From the NCBI RefSeq assembly GCF_009914755.1, contig NC_060947.1: DNA of 64,000 nt; one strand, given 5' to 3'. This DNA comes from the human T2T-CHM13v2.0 reference genome, Homo sapiens. Below are positions 14,701 through 30,146 of this stretch, piece by piece. A program made the position numbers and the translations under genes. The notes beneath the pieces were generated by a model. That model was not told the DNA's origin and searched no databases. It saw only the letters and a list, made by a program, of their open reading frames with translations. Position 1 is the stretch's first letter. Each line of letters starts with the position of its first letter.

Positions 14701-17624
14701 TGTGTCCCTTAAACCTAAGTCCGGCTAAACTATTCTCACTTGGAAACAAACATGTTTCTAATTGTACATTTGTGTCCTACACACACCTTGGCTCTTCTGA
14801 AACCATGCAGAAAGAATCTACTAACCCAGCCACATACCCCTATTAGATCGTGAGCACCTCAAAGCAAGGTTTGAATGCCATGTTTGGAACTACTGGTGCC
14901 CGTGATAAGCCTTAGCGCCCACTGGGAGATCATGATATATTTATTAAATAATGGTTTATTGAAAAATCAAATAATCTTCTTGGATCAACTTTATCTGGCT
15001 TCCAACACATGCAACAGGCTTGGGCCCTGGTATGTCAGCATGTAAGGATACGGGTGAGGATGTTGGATCCTGGAAATGACTCCTGAAAAGGCCGTGCATG
15101 TGGGAGATGGGGAGGTACCTGGGATGTCCTTAACTGCCTAGGGCACCACTCTCCACACCCACTGGCTCCCTCCAAGAAGGGACATGTGATGTCGCTGTTT
15201 CCGGTAATGTCCTGTTCCATCCTGGAGCGCCCACAGGGGTCTGACCCAGGCCATTCCTGGGAGCACCCACCTAATGACCTGGTCCAGGGTTCCAGCTCAC
15301 CTCAGCCTCCTTCTGCTCCCATGTCCCTCTCCCCACAGCCGGCCCAGGGCAGTACAGCTGGACCTGGCAGGTGCTTCTCCTCACGCCCCTCCTGGGGTGG
15401 CTGATGCTCAGCACAGCCTAATCCCTCAGGACCCCAAAGCCCTCTCACACCCAGCTGCTTTCCAAGTCCTAACGTGGATCTGGGAGTATTCTGCGGACTG
15501 CGGAGTGTCCCGATACTCAACGCCCCCACCATCTGCTACAGCCTTTAGTCTTCTTTAGCTGCCTGTCTGGGGATACCGAGGCCCTAGCTGCCTCTGCTAG
15601 GACACCCCAGCCCCACCTCTCTGGATCATCAGCCTGAGAAAGCAAAACCTCATAGTCACCCATTTAAGGTGATCGGTTAATCAAAAGCCAGACATTACCT
15701 GGGGAATTATTTGAATAATATCTCCTAATCATCGTGATTTGTCACTCATCATGTCAGAATGCTTATTATTCACTAGGAGCCTCCCCAGAAGGCTTCATCA
15801 TCTCCTGCCAGTTCTGTCACCACAAGACCTTGGAAGGAGATCCTTACCAGGGAATTTATCACAATGATAATCGCATATGAGCATCAGCTCCAGGTCTTGA
15901 GCAGTAGTTAGTGGGGAGAGAGGAAGCGCAAAGCCCCAAGCTGGGCAGACTGAGGCCCGATTGGGGCAGTGTGGACACAGCAGCAGGGGACATGAGAACA
16001 CAACTATGGGCCCCAGGAGAAGGAAACTTGCAATCCCAACAAGGGCATTTGACTGCTGGCTGCCAGCCTCCAATTCAAGGACACATCGTGGCTCTTAAAA
16101 TACTGATGGGTCATGCTTCAGGGCCCAAAGGGTGCAGATGGCAATGCAGGAATTCCTGCAGTCAGCTTCCTACGGGGTGTTGCTTCCTGTGAAGACCTCC
16201 ATCCCTGCCCAGGGCCTTCAAAGTACAGAATCTGGCATCTCGCATAGAAGGGAGCAAATGTGTATGACTTAAGTCTCTGGATGTGTTCTCAGGATGTGAG
16301 AATGAAACCCAAAGCTCCCGAGTCTCCTTCTATGGAATCTGCCTCACATAGCTTCATGAGCCCCAGCTTCTTGCCTGCCATCCCCTGAGGACCTGGTGCC
16401 AGTTCCCCATCTGTGTCACTCCTCTCCTCACCTGACCAGATCCTGTCACATGGCTAAAGGAAGGGGAAGAGAATGCTTCATCTCAGAAGGAGGGTGAGTA
16501 GTGTGCTCTTCCCATGGAGGTCATGTCATTCTTGTGCAGCCTCAAACTCCTGCACTGCTCCCCTGACCTCTCCCTGGAGGGTTCTGCCCACTCCACAGTC
16601 CCTCCTGCTGTGCTCCCAAACCCCAGCGTGTATCTCCAGAACATGTCTGCAAGGACCTAGGCCTCCAACATACTCTTCCTTCTTCCCCATCTTGGCATCA
16701 AATCTGTCTTGGAGGACTCTAGGAATACTAGTCTGATTTTTGTAGAACATCCCTCAGTTTCAGTGGGTCTAATGTCTTCTCACGATTAGAAGGGCATGCA
16801 TGATTATGCATTATTAGGAAGAACACCACGGAGGTGGGAAGCCCTTTTTATAGTGAATACAGTATCTCCAGCACTTAGGTCAGTGCCTGGAGCATATGAG
16901 GAGCTGGATAAATATTGAATGAATGAGCGAATGAAATCATGTTATGTTACCTCTTGGAGAGTGTGTAATGATTCCTCAAATAACTTCACGCAGCAAGGAA
17001 CGGTGTGTACAAAGGCAGGGATGGCACCTGTCTACTGGCATTGGGGAGAAATCATGATGGAGCATTCTCCAGATGAATGCAACCTTGCAAACCACGTTGG
17101 CCACCCTTCCTACTTTCTCCAGGGAAGTAGCATCAAAGTCATTGGCGAACATGGGACTTCTGTCTAGAGCTTGTCCAGGAATCAATGGGAAAGTGTTACT
17201 TGAACTGAATGTTACATAAATCCCTTTAAGGCCCAGCTGAAACCCAGAGACATGTGAGACCTTGACATTGGCTGCTTGCAGACCCAAACGACCAGAGAGA
17301 GGAGCAGGGAATTGGGACAAGGGCCACAGCTGCCTACTGGCAAGAGAGAGTGCTCAGATAGCCACTGATGTTTGTAGCCCTGCCTTGCTGACTTCCCCAG
17401 GATGCCAGGAGCACAGACCAGGCGCTGGGGCAGCAGGTCTCTGGAGTCCCTAGAGCTCAGTTGCTTACCTGTTCCATGACTCAACAATAAGAGGGTGCTG
17501 GGATGCATTTAAACTTTGATTGCTGGGTAATTGGGAGGACTGAAAATGCCACGAGGCTCCAATGCAGAGGCTGCGAATACTAGGACCATGGAGCTGTAGT
17601 TCTTCATGCGTCCCACAGCTGAGT

Positions 17625-17930
17625 ACTGAGCATGTACTGTTTGCCAGGCACTGCTCTAAGCTCTGAGGATACAGCATTGAACAAATTCCCTGCTTCTGTG
17701 GAGCTTATGTTCTAGCGGGAGGGGAGGGGCAGGCACACAATGAACTGCGGAACAAAGTTACAGGTGAAGTAGGTTTTATGGTGACAAACGCTATGGAAAC
17801 AAATTGAATCGAGAGAGCTAAATAAGGAGTGCTGGAAATTGGGTGGAAGGAGGGATTGCAATTTTTACAATGGTATTCATAGAAGGCCTCACAGAAGAGA
17901 TATCTCGAGAGAGAACCGAGGATGTCTGGG
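17625..17930 (-). mobile_element. L2 fragment
   Basis: 'tgccaggcactgctctaagctctgaggatacagcattgaacaa...ccctgcttctgtggagcttatgttctag'. Confidence 0.7.
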
Positions 17931-18439
17931 AAGGAATGCTAACAGTATTATAAGAGCAATCGTCTAGAAGAGAACAAAGACATGCAGTCGCTCGGGGCCT
18001 TGGAACAGAGTGTAGAGGGCAGGGTCTAGAGACACTGGTCTGGTGAGCCAGGTAAAGGGTATTCCCTGATCCTCTGAGCCATGGACTGCCTCAGAGCCAG
18101 GTCAGCTGCACTGTACCATGAACTGGCTTCTTGGATCCAGGTTTCTATTCCAGGTTACTGACTTGACCTGAGGACTGGGTACGGAATACAGGTCTAGGTG
18201 TCCAGAAACCTTTCTCTCGGGATAAAGGGGATGGAAGGCACCATTGGCATTGAACAGGCAAGGCTGTTGGCCTGCTGCTGTGGCACTGCTGCGGCGGGCA
18301 GGACAATGGTGCACGTGTAAAGACTGGGTGCAGAACAAAGCAGAAGGCTGTCTGGTGACACCTAGTGCTCATTCCAGAGTAGACTCTGTGTCTTCAATGA
18401 GGGGCCAGATGTCTTAATCCAGGACTGGATTTCCTATCT

Positions 18440-21100
18440 TTCAAAGTTCACCTCAGGTGGAGGCCAGAAGCAGGTTTGGCTTTTTGTTGGGGGGGAAGGT
18501 ACACATAGGAGGCTCTTTGTGCTTCCTACTGTACTCCAGCAGGAGGCATACAACTTCTGGCTGTTCAACCCTTGATCATATTGGCTCTGATCAGTGGGCT
18601 CAGGTGGAGAGGTGGAGACAGCCTTGTTCCTCCATTGCAGAGTGCGTCATCAACCCTTCAACAATGTTTCATCCATTGATTAGCATGGATTGCATCAGTT
18701 GCATTGCTGGATATTGCAAATACTTGTTTTCCTTTTCTCTCATATGTTGCATTTTCCTCAGCTGGAATTCTCCAGTAAGGAAGAAACTTTCCTCATCAAC
18801 TGTAGCTATTGTGTCATCCTGAAATACAGTTAGTACAGGAAATGCAGGATAAATGTTTTATTCTCTCTCTTGCAGAGCCAATTCTCAATGTGAGGGGTGG
18901 TTATTCTTGTTCCTTCCAATGGGGTCCAACAAGTCATTCTTTATTAATGACTTTTTATTTTAGAAAATGTTTAGGCTTACAGAATTATTGCAGAGATAGT
19001 ACAGAGAATTCTCATATACCCCACACCCAGTTTTCCCTATTACCATCCTCTTATATTAGCATTACACATTTGCCACAATTAATAAAACGGAAGACAAAAA
19101 CAAGGACACTAGAGGAATCTGAAGCCTCTGGCATCTATAGGTATAAGAAATAAAGCCCAACTCCCAGCCAAATTGACATACATCCTCACTGTAGAGATCT
19201 AATTGCCTCTGTTCCTATGACCTCATACAACACGTTCACTCTCAACAAAAGGATTGCAAGGGACACACGCAAAAGAGTAAGAAAATACATAGTCTGAAGA
19301 GACAAGACAATCAACAGAACTGGACTCTAATATGACTCAGATATTGGAATTAGGAGGCAGATAATTTAAAATGACTATTTTTAAAAATTTAAGAGGCTTT
19401 AATGGAAAAAGTAGGCAACATGGAAAAACAGATAGGTAATGCAGGAAGAGAAGTATTGCGCTCAGCAAAATCCAGAGTATGGGAAACTGGACAGAACACA
19501 AGGCATGTCTTCATTTTCAACAAATGAGTTTCAAAAAAAGGTAATGTGGGGGAATCTATAAATTACTTAAGGTGGCTATTAAGAACATAAACACAATGTA
19601 TAGATCATATTTGCAAACCGATTCAAAGAAACTGCATTTTAACAGGAGCATATGTCCACCAGATACATGTGACAAATAAGTGAACATTTCATTATATTAA
19701 TGACTTGCTTACATGTTTAGGAAAGATAATAATGTTGGCTTTATGTTTTATAAGAGAGTAGTTATCTTTAGAAATGCACTCTGATGTATTTGGAGATGAG
19801 ATCACATGGTGTCTTGGATTTGCTCCACATTATTTCAGTTTCTGCTATGCGGAGTAGGTAGGGGTATAACTAGAACCAGATTGGCCATGAGTTGAAGATT
19901 ATTGATACTGAAAGTCTGGTATATTAGATTAATTATAGTATTTACCCTATTATTAGGTGTATTTGAAAATGCTTGTAATGAAAATATTTTTGAAATAAAT
20001 ATGATATTTAATTTGAAATCCTAAGTGAAATGGATAATATTTTAGGAAAATAAGTACATGAACAAATTGATACAAAAAGAAATTCAAATCTTTAACCAAA
20101 CAATAAAAAGTGAAACTAATCTAAGCTCAAGCCATCCTCAAATGTGGACAAGGCAGCTTCGGAGGCCAATTCTACATTGTTATCAGGTAAAGCTCAAAGC
20201 CACCTTAAGTAAACTCTTCCAAGGCATACGAAAAGTTGGGCAATTATTCAAATTATTTTCCCAAGCTAACCATTCTTCATTCAGGTACCAGAGGAGGACA
20301 GCACCGTGAAAACACTTGAGCCAAACTTCACTCACACAGAGGCAAATATATTAATTAAATTAGTAGCATATTCAACATAGAAGTGAATTAACGGATTGTG
20401 TCCAAGGAACAAAAACATGATTTAATATAAAACAATTTTCAGTTGTGATTTCCTACGTTATCGAATTAAGATTTTAAAAAGTGATCACTTTAGTAGATAT
20501 AAAAAAGCTTCTGGATGAAATTCTATACAAGTTAATGGTCAAAACATTTAGCAAAATAAGTTTAGCAGCATATTTTCTTTTCCTGAGATCAATGGACAAC
20601 ATACTTAAGTATGAAATGTTAGAAGAATTCTTGTCATGGACATAGGCTATAACCTCTATCTTTGGAAACTGCATGTAACATAAGGCAGGAGATATGGATA
20701 TCAAAAGAAATCAGTATGAATATTGAACAGAAAGAGTTAATATTTGGTATGACAATATGATTATCTAGAAAATTCAAAGAAATGTGCACATGGAATAGTC
20801 AAATAACAGACTTCAGAATAATAGTATACAGGTTACTACAGTAAAATCAAAATCCTTGCAACCCAATGAAATAACCACTCAGAACAAGTAATAGAAAATA
20901 CCCCATTCACAATGGCAACAAAATCCAGAAATTGTCTAATAAGACAGACAAACCATACAAGATCTTTATGGAAACAACTATGCAAATACTGATAGATTCG
21001 GGTCAAAAACTTCCCAGATAAATAGAGCCATATTCCATATCCCTTAATAGGGAACAGGCTATTGAAAAGATGTCAATTTTTCTTTATCCAAGATGTACAG
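18440..21100. mobile_element. Mosaic of old L1M fragments (mixed orientation)
   Basis: L1MC-like 3' pieces, an L1 5'/ORF1 piece (~19100-19450) and degenerate sense ORF2 (~20000-21100). Confidence 0.6.
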
Positions 21101-22405
21101 ATATAACGCTTAAAATTTAGCTGGCAATATGAACGTCAAGCTTGGGCTTCTGTCCTTCACTCCCAAAACGAACCCTGGAAAACTATAGAAGGAAGAATAA
21201 AATAACAAACAAACAGTATAAACAACAAAATCTAAACAACAAAACATGAGAAAGCTCTGAGGGAGAATGAAGACTGTATTTAACTGGTACCTGTAATCGA
21301 AGTGGCCAGAGTGTCAAGGAAGTTAGGGAGAGTCCATAGCTGGCATAGAAGGAAGATGACAGGATGTGTAGAAGGAAATGTTTAAATTTTTGCCCCTATT
21401 CCAGTGTGAAAATGTCAGGTGGCACCTGAGACCACAGGTGCCAGTAGTCTGGTTTCATTGAAACAGTAGTAGCTCCAGTCTGTGCTAATAACCACCTAAA
21501 ACCACATTAATAGGTGAATTGGCTTAACTGAACATAAAGAATGGATTACAAATAGAGTGTTGAGCATTAGAATGAAACAGGCATAATGAGGTTAAGTATG
21601 ATTTCTGATGCTGAATGAAAGTTTAAAAATGAAAATCACTGCACTGAGCTATGAAATGTTAGATAATTCCAATGGCAGAACTCCTTAGATTTCTAGCTGC
21701 TGGTCAGCCTACTCAATGTAAAAATAAATATTTTAGGGTAAAAGGTTTGCAAATTCAACCTCTGGCTGGGGAAGAGCTGCCCTGGGAAGGTGCGTGTCTT
21801 CTCCCAGAGGCCACTACAATCACAGCTCCTGCAGCCCCCCCACGGAGCACCTGGCCTGGGACCCGCAGCCATTCTCTGCAAGGGGTGCAGCTGGGCAAAG
21901 GCTCAGAGGTGACAGAAACAGAGTATCTGCCACCCATCACTGCATCGAAAGAGCCAGGAGTCAGGAGGAGGATCCTCCTGAGTGAGGACTGAAGGTCCAC
22001 CCTCCCCACATAGAGGGGCCACAGAATCCAACTCAGCCCCTCCCGTCATTCCCTGGAAGACCCTGGCAATGTTGTCGTCCCGACCACACCCCTCTCCCGA
22101 CTGCCACCTCATGGGACTCAGAGTCAGAGACTTGGTCTGAGGGGAGCAGAGAATGGGGGTCCAGGATCTGCCAGCCATCAAGGTCAGGACCCCGAGGGAT
22201 GACTGAGGGTCCTCCACCCCCATTCCCAAACCCACCACCACCAAGACCTAAGCCCTGGGGGTCCCACCCCAATCCCTCCCCCTACCGCCCCCAATTCCTC
22301 CCCCTAAACCCCCGCACCCCACATCTTAACAACCACCCCCACCCAAATCCAGGCAGAACCCGTTTCTGCCCATGCTGTCAACCCAGGGAAGCCCCAGGTT
22401 GGGGC
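21100..22405 (+). pseudogene. Decapitated MAGEA 5'-flank/promoter unit
   Basis: Colinear homology to MAGEA9 upstream region ~52200-53645 (e.g. 'cacatagaggggccacagaatcca.ctcagccc', 'aacccagggaagc.ccagg'); stops just before the ETS/CRE site. Confidence 0.85.
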
Positions 22406-22413
22406 TTCTAAGG

Positions 22414-25647
<3,234 letters not shown>

Positions 25648-25648
<1 letters not shown>

Positions 25649-25733
25649 GTATTAGTCAGGGTTCTCTAGAGGGACAGAAGTAATATAGGATATATATCAT
25701 ATATTTTATATATATATACATATATAAATTATA
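25648..25733 (-). mobile_element. Truncated MLT2A-type LTR ending in its (TA)n tract
   Basis: 'tgtattagtcagggttctctagagggacagaagtaatataggatatatat'. Confidence 0.85.
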
Positions 25734-26168
25734 TATTTAACTAGTACCTTTAATCGAAGTGGCCAGAGTGGCAGGGAAGTTATGGGGGGTCCAGAGCTGG
25801 CAAAGAAGGAAGATGACAGGATGTGTAGGAGGAAATGTTTAAACTTTTGCTCCTATTCCATTGTGAAAATGTCAGGCGGCACCTGAGACCACAAGTGCCA
25901 GTAGTCTGGTTTGATTGAAGCAGTAATAGCTCCAGTCTGTGCTAATAACCACCTAAAACCACATTAATAGGTGAATTGGCTTAATTGAACATAAAGAATG
26001 GATTACAAATAGAGTGTTGAGCATTAGAATGAAACAGGCATAATGAGGTTAAGTATGATTTCTGATGCTGAATGAAAGTTTAAAAATGAAAATCACTGCA
26101 CTGAGCTATGAAATGTTAGATAATTCCAATGGCAGAACTCCTTAGATTTCTAGCTGCTGGTCAGCCTA
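25734..26168 (+). repeat. 435-bp direct duplicate of 21277-21711
   Basis: Ungapped manual alignment, ~19 mismatches; embedded between TA-rich tracts. Confidence 0.95.
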
Positions 26169-26939
26169 TATTATATTATATCTATATATAGATATAATAG
26201 ATATATATATATACCTATTACTTCTGTAATAGGTATATATATATATATATTCCCCCTTCCCAGGACTTCTTGATTTTGCTTGCTCTGGGTTGTAGGGGTT
26301 TGTTGTTTGTTTAGTGACTTTTCTGGACTATATTTTAAAGTCTACATTCTTTGTCATGTACAGACACTGCCATCTCTTAATTTATTAGCTTAGCGGCCAC
26401 CTAGTGATTTGATAGAGATTTTCTTAAATGTATGGAATTAAAAAAAAAATCCCAGTATTTGTAGATGCTATGCGTGTGTCTGTGTTGGAGCACATAATAC
26501 CTCAAAAGATGAGCTAGTCTATCTTCACTTTGGCCAATTTAAGAGTTTTTCATGATGATAGCAATACCTTGAATATCCACATAGTATCATTGTGGAAAAT
26601 AGTCATACTTTATATAATAGTACATTTTCACAATGGGCAATTTTATCCTGGTTAGCCCCAAGGGCAGCTTGAGAGAATCACAATTGTGATAGTCATACTT
26701 AGCCATGATGCATCACCTTTCTTCTGAGAATGAAAAAAAAAAAGTCATAAATGGTAAATAAGCTTCCCAACACCTACTGGGGAATGGATATTATTATACA
26801 AGCTAATTTTAAAGATGAGTAACCGAAATCAAGTTTTCATCTGCTGAAGCATTAGGACCCTGCCTCAGATGTTTGGGTCCAGCTTCCTTTCCCATCCTCT
26901 GGGTAAAGTCCAATGTGTAGCCCAGAGGTGGTTCTCAAT

Positions 26940-27070
26940 GAACACTCAAATACAGACGAGGAACTAAGGCACAGAGAAGCTTGTGTAACAGGTCCTGAGC
27001 CACCAAGCAAGTAAGGGTGGAGGAGCACAGATGCAACTCAGGGTCTAGCTGAACCTGCAGCCCATACTGT
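26940..27070 (-). mobile_element. MIR fragment
   Basis: 'tacagacgaggaactaaggcacagagaagc'. Confidence 0.6.
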
Positions 27071-27439
27071 TAGAAAGAGGTGCTTGCCAGTGTTCCTATC
27101 GGACAGCAACATCTTTATTACCAGTGATCATGCCCAAAGCAGGCATGAAGGGGGAGATGGCTTGTCAGTTCAGACACTTGAATAACAGGCACCATTGCCT
27201 TTTCAAGAGCTTCATAGATGGAAAGCACTCAAGCTCCTCAGAGTCTAGAGCCTTGAGAGCAGACGCTATTTTAGTGAGATCCAGGGAGTCCTGGAGCTGA
27301 ACCACTGCTCTGCAGGCCCACAAATTCAGTTTTAGCAGTCCTCCCAGAGTTGTCCAGGCCCCAGAGGCTATCTAGCAAAAGCAACATGACACTGACACAC
27401 AAACCAGTTGTCAACCTCAAGGTTTCTTACTATTAAGTA

Positions 27440-28740
27440 AAAATTTCCAGACAGACAAGGAGAGGAGGCTGTAATGATCTCTGCGATAGCAGATTTGAGT
27501 TAGAGATATTAGGAAGAACTCACTGTTGACTTAATATTCATGCAGATCATTGCATCTAGAAATATTTATAGATATATTAACAGGTTACTATACACACATA
27601 TAATTTCTTGCTCTGTCAGCAGATGCCACCAACACCCCAGTAGGAATGAGCATACCTAATATACAGATCTAGATTTCTAATACCATTCTCCAATTTTAAA
27701 AAATGGGCTCAGTGGAGAAATTGCTGATGGTTGAAGCAGATCAGGAAATATGCAGTCTATTCCTGGAACATCTTATTGTGCTTGACAGTAAAGAAATACT
27801 AAAAAAAAAAAAAAATTTAAACACATTGACAAATGTATAAGAAAGACATGTACAAAGAGAACTAAGAGAAAGTGCTCCCAGTGGCCAAACCTGGAGTAAT
27901 TTTAACAACAGAACATATAAAGTTGTATTGGATTTTCAACAAAGTGTAAAATTAGTATCCGTAAGTCCACATCGAGATAAATAAATGATTACTTAAATGC
28001 AAAAATGAGGGTGAACAGACAAATTTCTCATGGGAAAGAGTTCCAAACAATTTATGCAGATACTCTCACTCTCACAAGAAAGCAGAATGTGATTCCCCAC
28101 TGCTCATAGTGTGGGCTACACAGAGTAACTTTCTTCCAAAGAGAACACTATGAAATAGGGGAATAAAAGAGAAACTTTACAGTAACCATACTTCGCGAGC
28201 ACTACTTCAGCCAGGTGTTCAAGGTAAACATCATTAGTAATAAGTCATGCTGATAATATGTAGCCTTGATGTGAAGTGATGAGAATGGCATTTCTCCTTT
28301 ATTGTCTTCTTCCCCAGAACCCATAACCCCAGCCTAATCATGAGAAAAGTACCAGACAAACCACAACTGAGGGTCATTCTACAAAATACCTGACCAATAC
28401 TCCTCAAAACTGTCAAGATCATCCAAAACAAGAGAAGTATCACACCCAAGAGGAATCTAAAGGGACCTTACCACTAAATATAATGTGGCATCCTGGATGG
28501 AATCATGGAGGACCAAAAGGACACTAGGTAAAAATGAAATAAATCTCAATAAAGAGTGACCTTTAGTTAGTAACACGTAACGCAACAATTGTAGCAAATG
28601 TACCATACTCATGTAGGATGTTAACAATAGGGGAACCTGAAACTGAAGGAGGAGGCATATAGAAACTTTGTACTATCTTTGAAAATTATTTTCAAGCATA
28701 GAATACCTCAAAATAAATAAAGTCTATGAAATTTTAAAAA
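27440..28740 (+). mobile_element. L1MD/L1MC-type 3' end
   Basis: 'ctaatcatgagaaaagtaccagacaaacc...tctacaaaatacctgaccaatactcctcaaaactgtcaag', ending 'aaataaataaagtctat'. Confidence 0.8.
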
Positions 28741-29545
28741 TGGAGGTAACAAAAGGAAACTTTGCAGACTGATGAATTTAATTTTTATAAAAGAAACCAT
28801 ACACAAGCACAGAGAACTAGGAAATGTGACGCCAACCATTTCTGAGTTGTCCTCAGACCTTTCCTCCCCTGAAGCCTCTAAGCTGGACTCGCCCACAAGA
28901 CCCGCCTCTTCCCCCTGTGCGATACCTCGGAAATCCATCCCTCATCTCCAGCCTTTCAACCACTGCCCTAATTTGGCCTCACAATTCCTCTCACTTGGAC
29001 TGTGACCAGAGCCCCCTAATAAGGCTAGATGCTCTGGGACCCCATACTTGCTCAAGAAGGGCTATAGAACACTTACCAGGGGTAATTGCCACAGAGAAAG
29101 GCTGGCAAGAGCCAGGCAGGAGATCAGCCCCTTGTCAAGGAGGCTGGAGTTCAGAGTAGGGGGTTTAGCCATGGCTGGTGGAACAGGGAGGTTTCTCAGG
29201 GAAGTGAGACCATGGCTGAGAGGTCTCTCACCAGCCCCTCAGGGGGCAGGTTTGGGGCACCTGGAAACCCTCAAGACCTATCCACGGATGGGCACAGGTA
29301 TGCTCCCATCTGCTCTGCCCTGTGATGTTCAGAATTGTCCCAGTCCTGTGTGATGTGTGTCCATACAGGAGGCTGCTGTGGAGGATGCTGGACCCTGAAA
29401 TGCCTGTAGGAGAGGATGTGGGGTGCATGGAACGTCCTAGCTGCTGCAGCCCTGCAGTCCTTAGGAAACACAGGGTGAGCATTCTCCATATCCCTTTGCT
29501 CTGTCCAATAAGGGACATGTGGTGTTGCTGTTTCCACCAATGTCC

Positions 29546-29645
29546 CCTGTGGGGTCCAAGGGCCCACCCTGAGACCAGCAAGATGCAAGTTCTTGAGTAC
29601 ATAGCCAACGCCAATGGGAGGGATCCCACTTCTTACCCATCCCTC
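29546..29645 (+). pseudogene. MAGEA11-like CDS C-terminal fragment (inverted relative to neighbouring CDS piece)
   Basis: [33 protein letters not shown], vs recalled MAGEA11 [33 protein letters not shown]. Confidence 0.9.
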
Positions 29646-29770
29646 TGCGGACCTGAGTCTCCATCCCTCAGATTCCCAACGCCGAATGAGGAGGCACCTC
29701 AGTCTAAGATGGGGGCGGGGTGGGCCCCCTGTCCTGGGGTGCTGGGTCCCCTCAGGCCTCTCTCATCTCC

Positions 29771-30045
29771 CAGGAACTCATAGCATGCAGGATCACTGCC
29801 AGGCACTTGCCGGTACACCAGGTACTTTTCCTGCACCCAATCTTGGGTGAGGAGCTTCTTGGGCTCCCCAAAGAGGAAGTGCTCCCTTCCAGCATACACC
29901 CCCATAATGCTGAGGACTTCCCACATAACCTCCATGGGACGCAGTTCCCCTCCATGAAGATCACACCCAGGACTATTATCAGGAGGCCAGACTTGGGCAT
30001 GCTCTGCTCATCACCCAGTATGCCATCATAAGAGAGGCCGAGGGA
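29771..30045 (-). pseudogene. MAGEA11-like MAGE homology domain fragment
   Basis: [91 protein letters not shown], with a frameshift near 29935. Confidence 0.92.
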
Positions 30046-30146
30046 AACAGAGGAAGCTGGGATTTGTGAGATCCCTTTTTCTTGGCATGTGAGAGGGTAC
30101 CTTCTTACCTTCAGTCTTCACCAATATTCCTCTCCTTGACTACTGG

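Noticed and set aside
13750-18400. Possible gene or conserved element in repeat-poor stretch
   Set aside because: No recognisable protein, exon chain or RNA structure; cannot be supported without conservation data.
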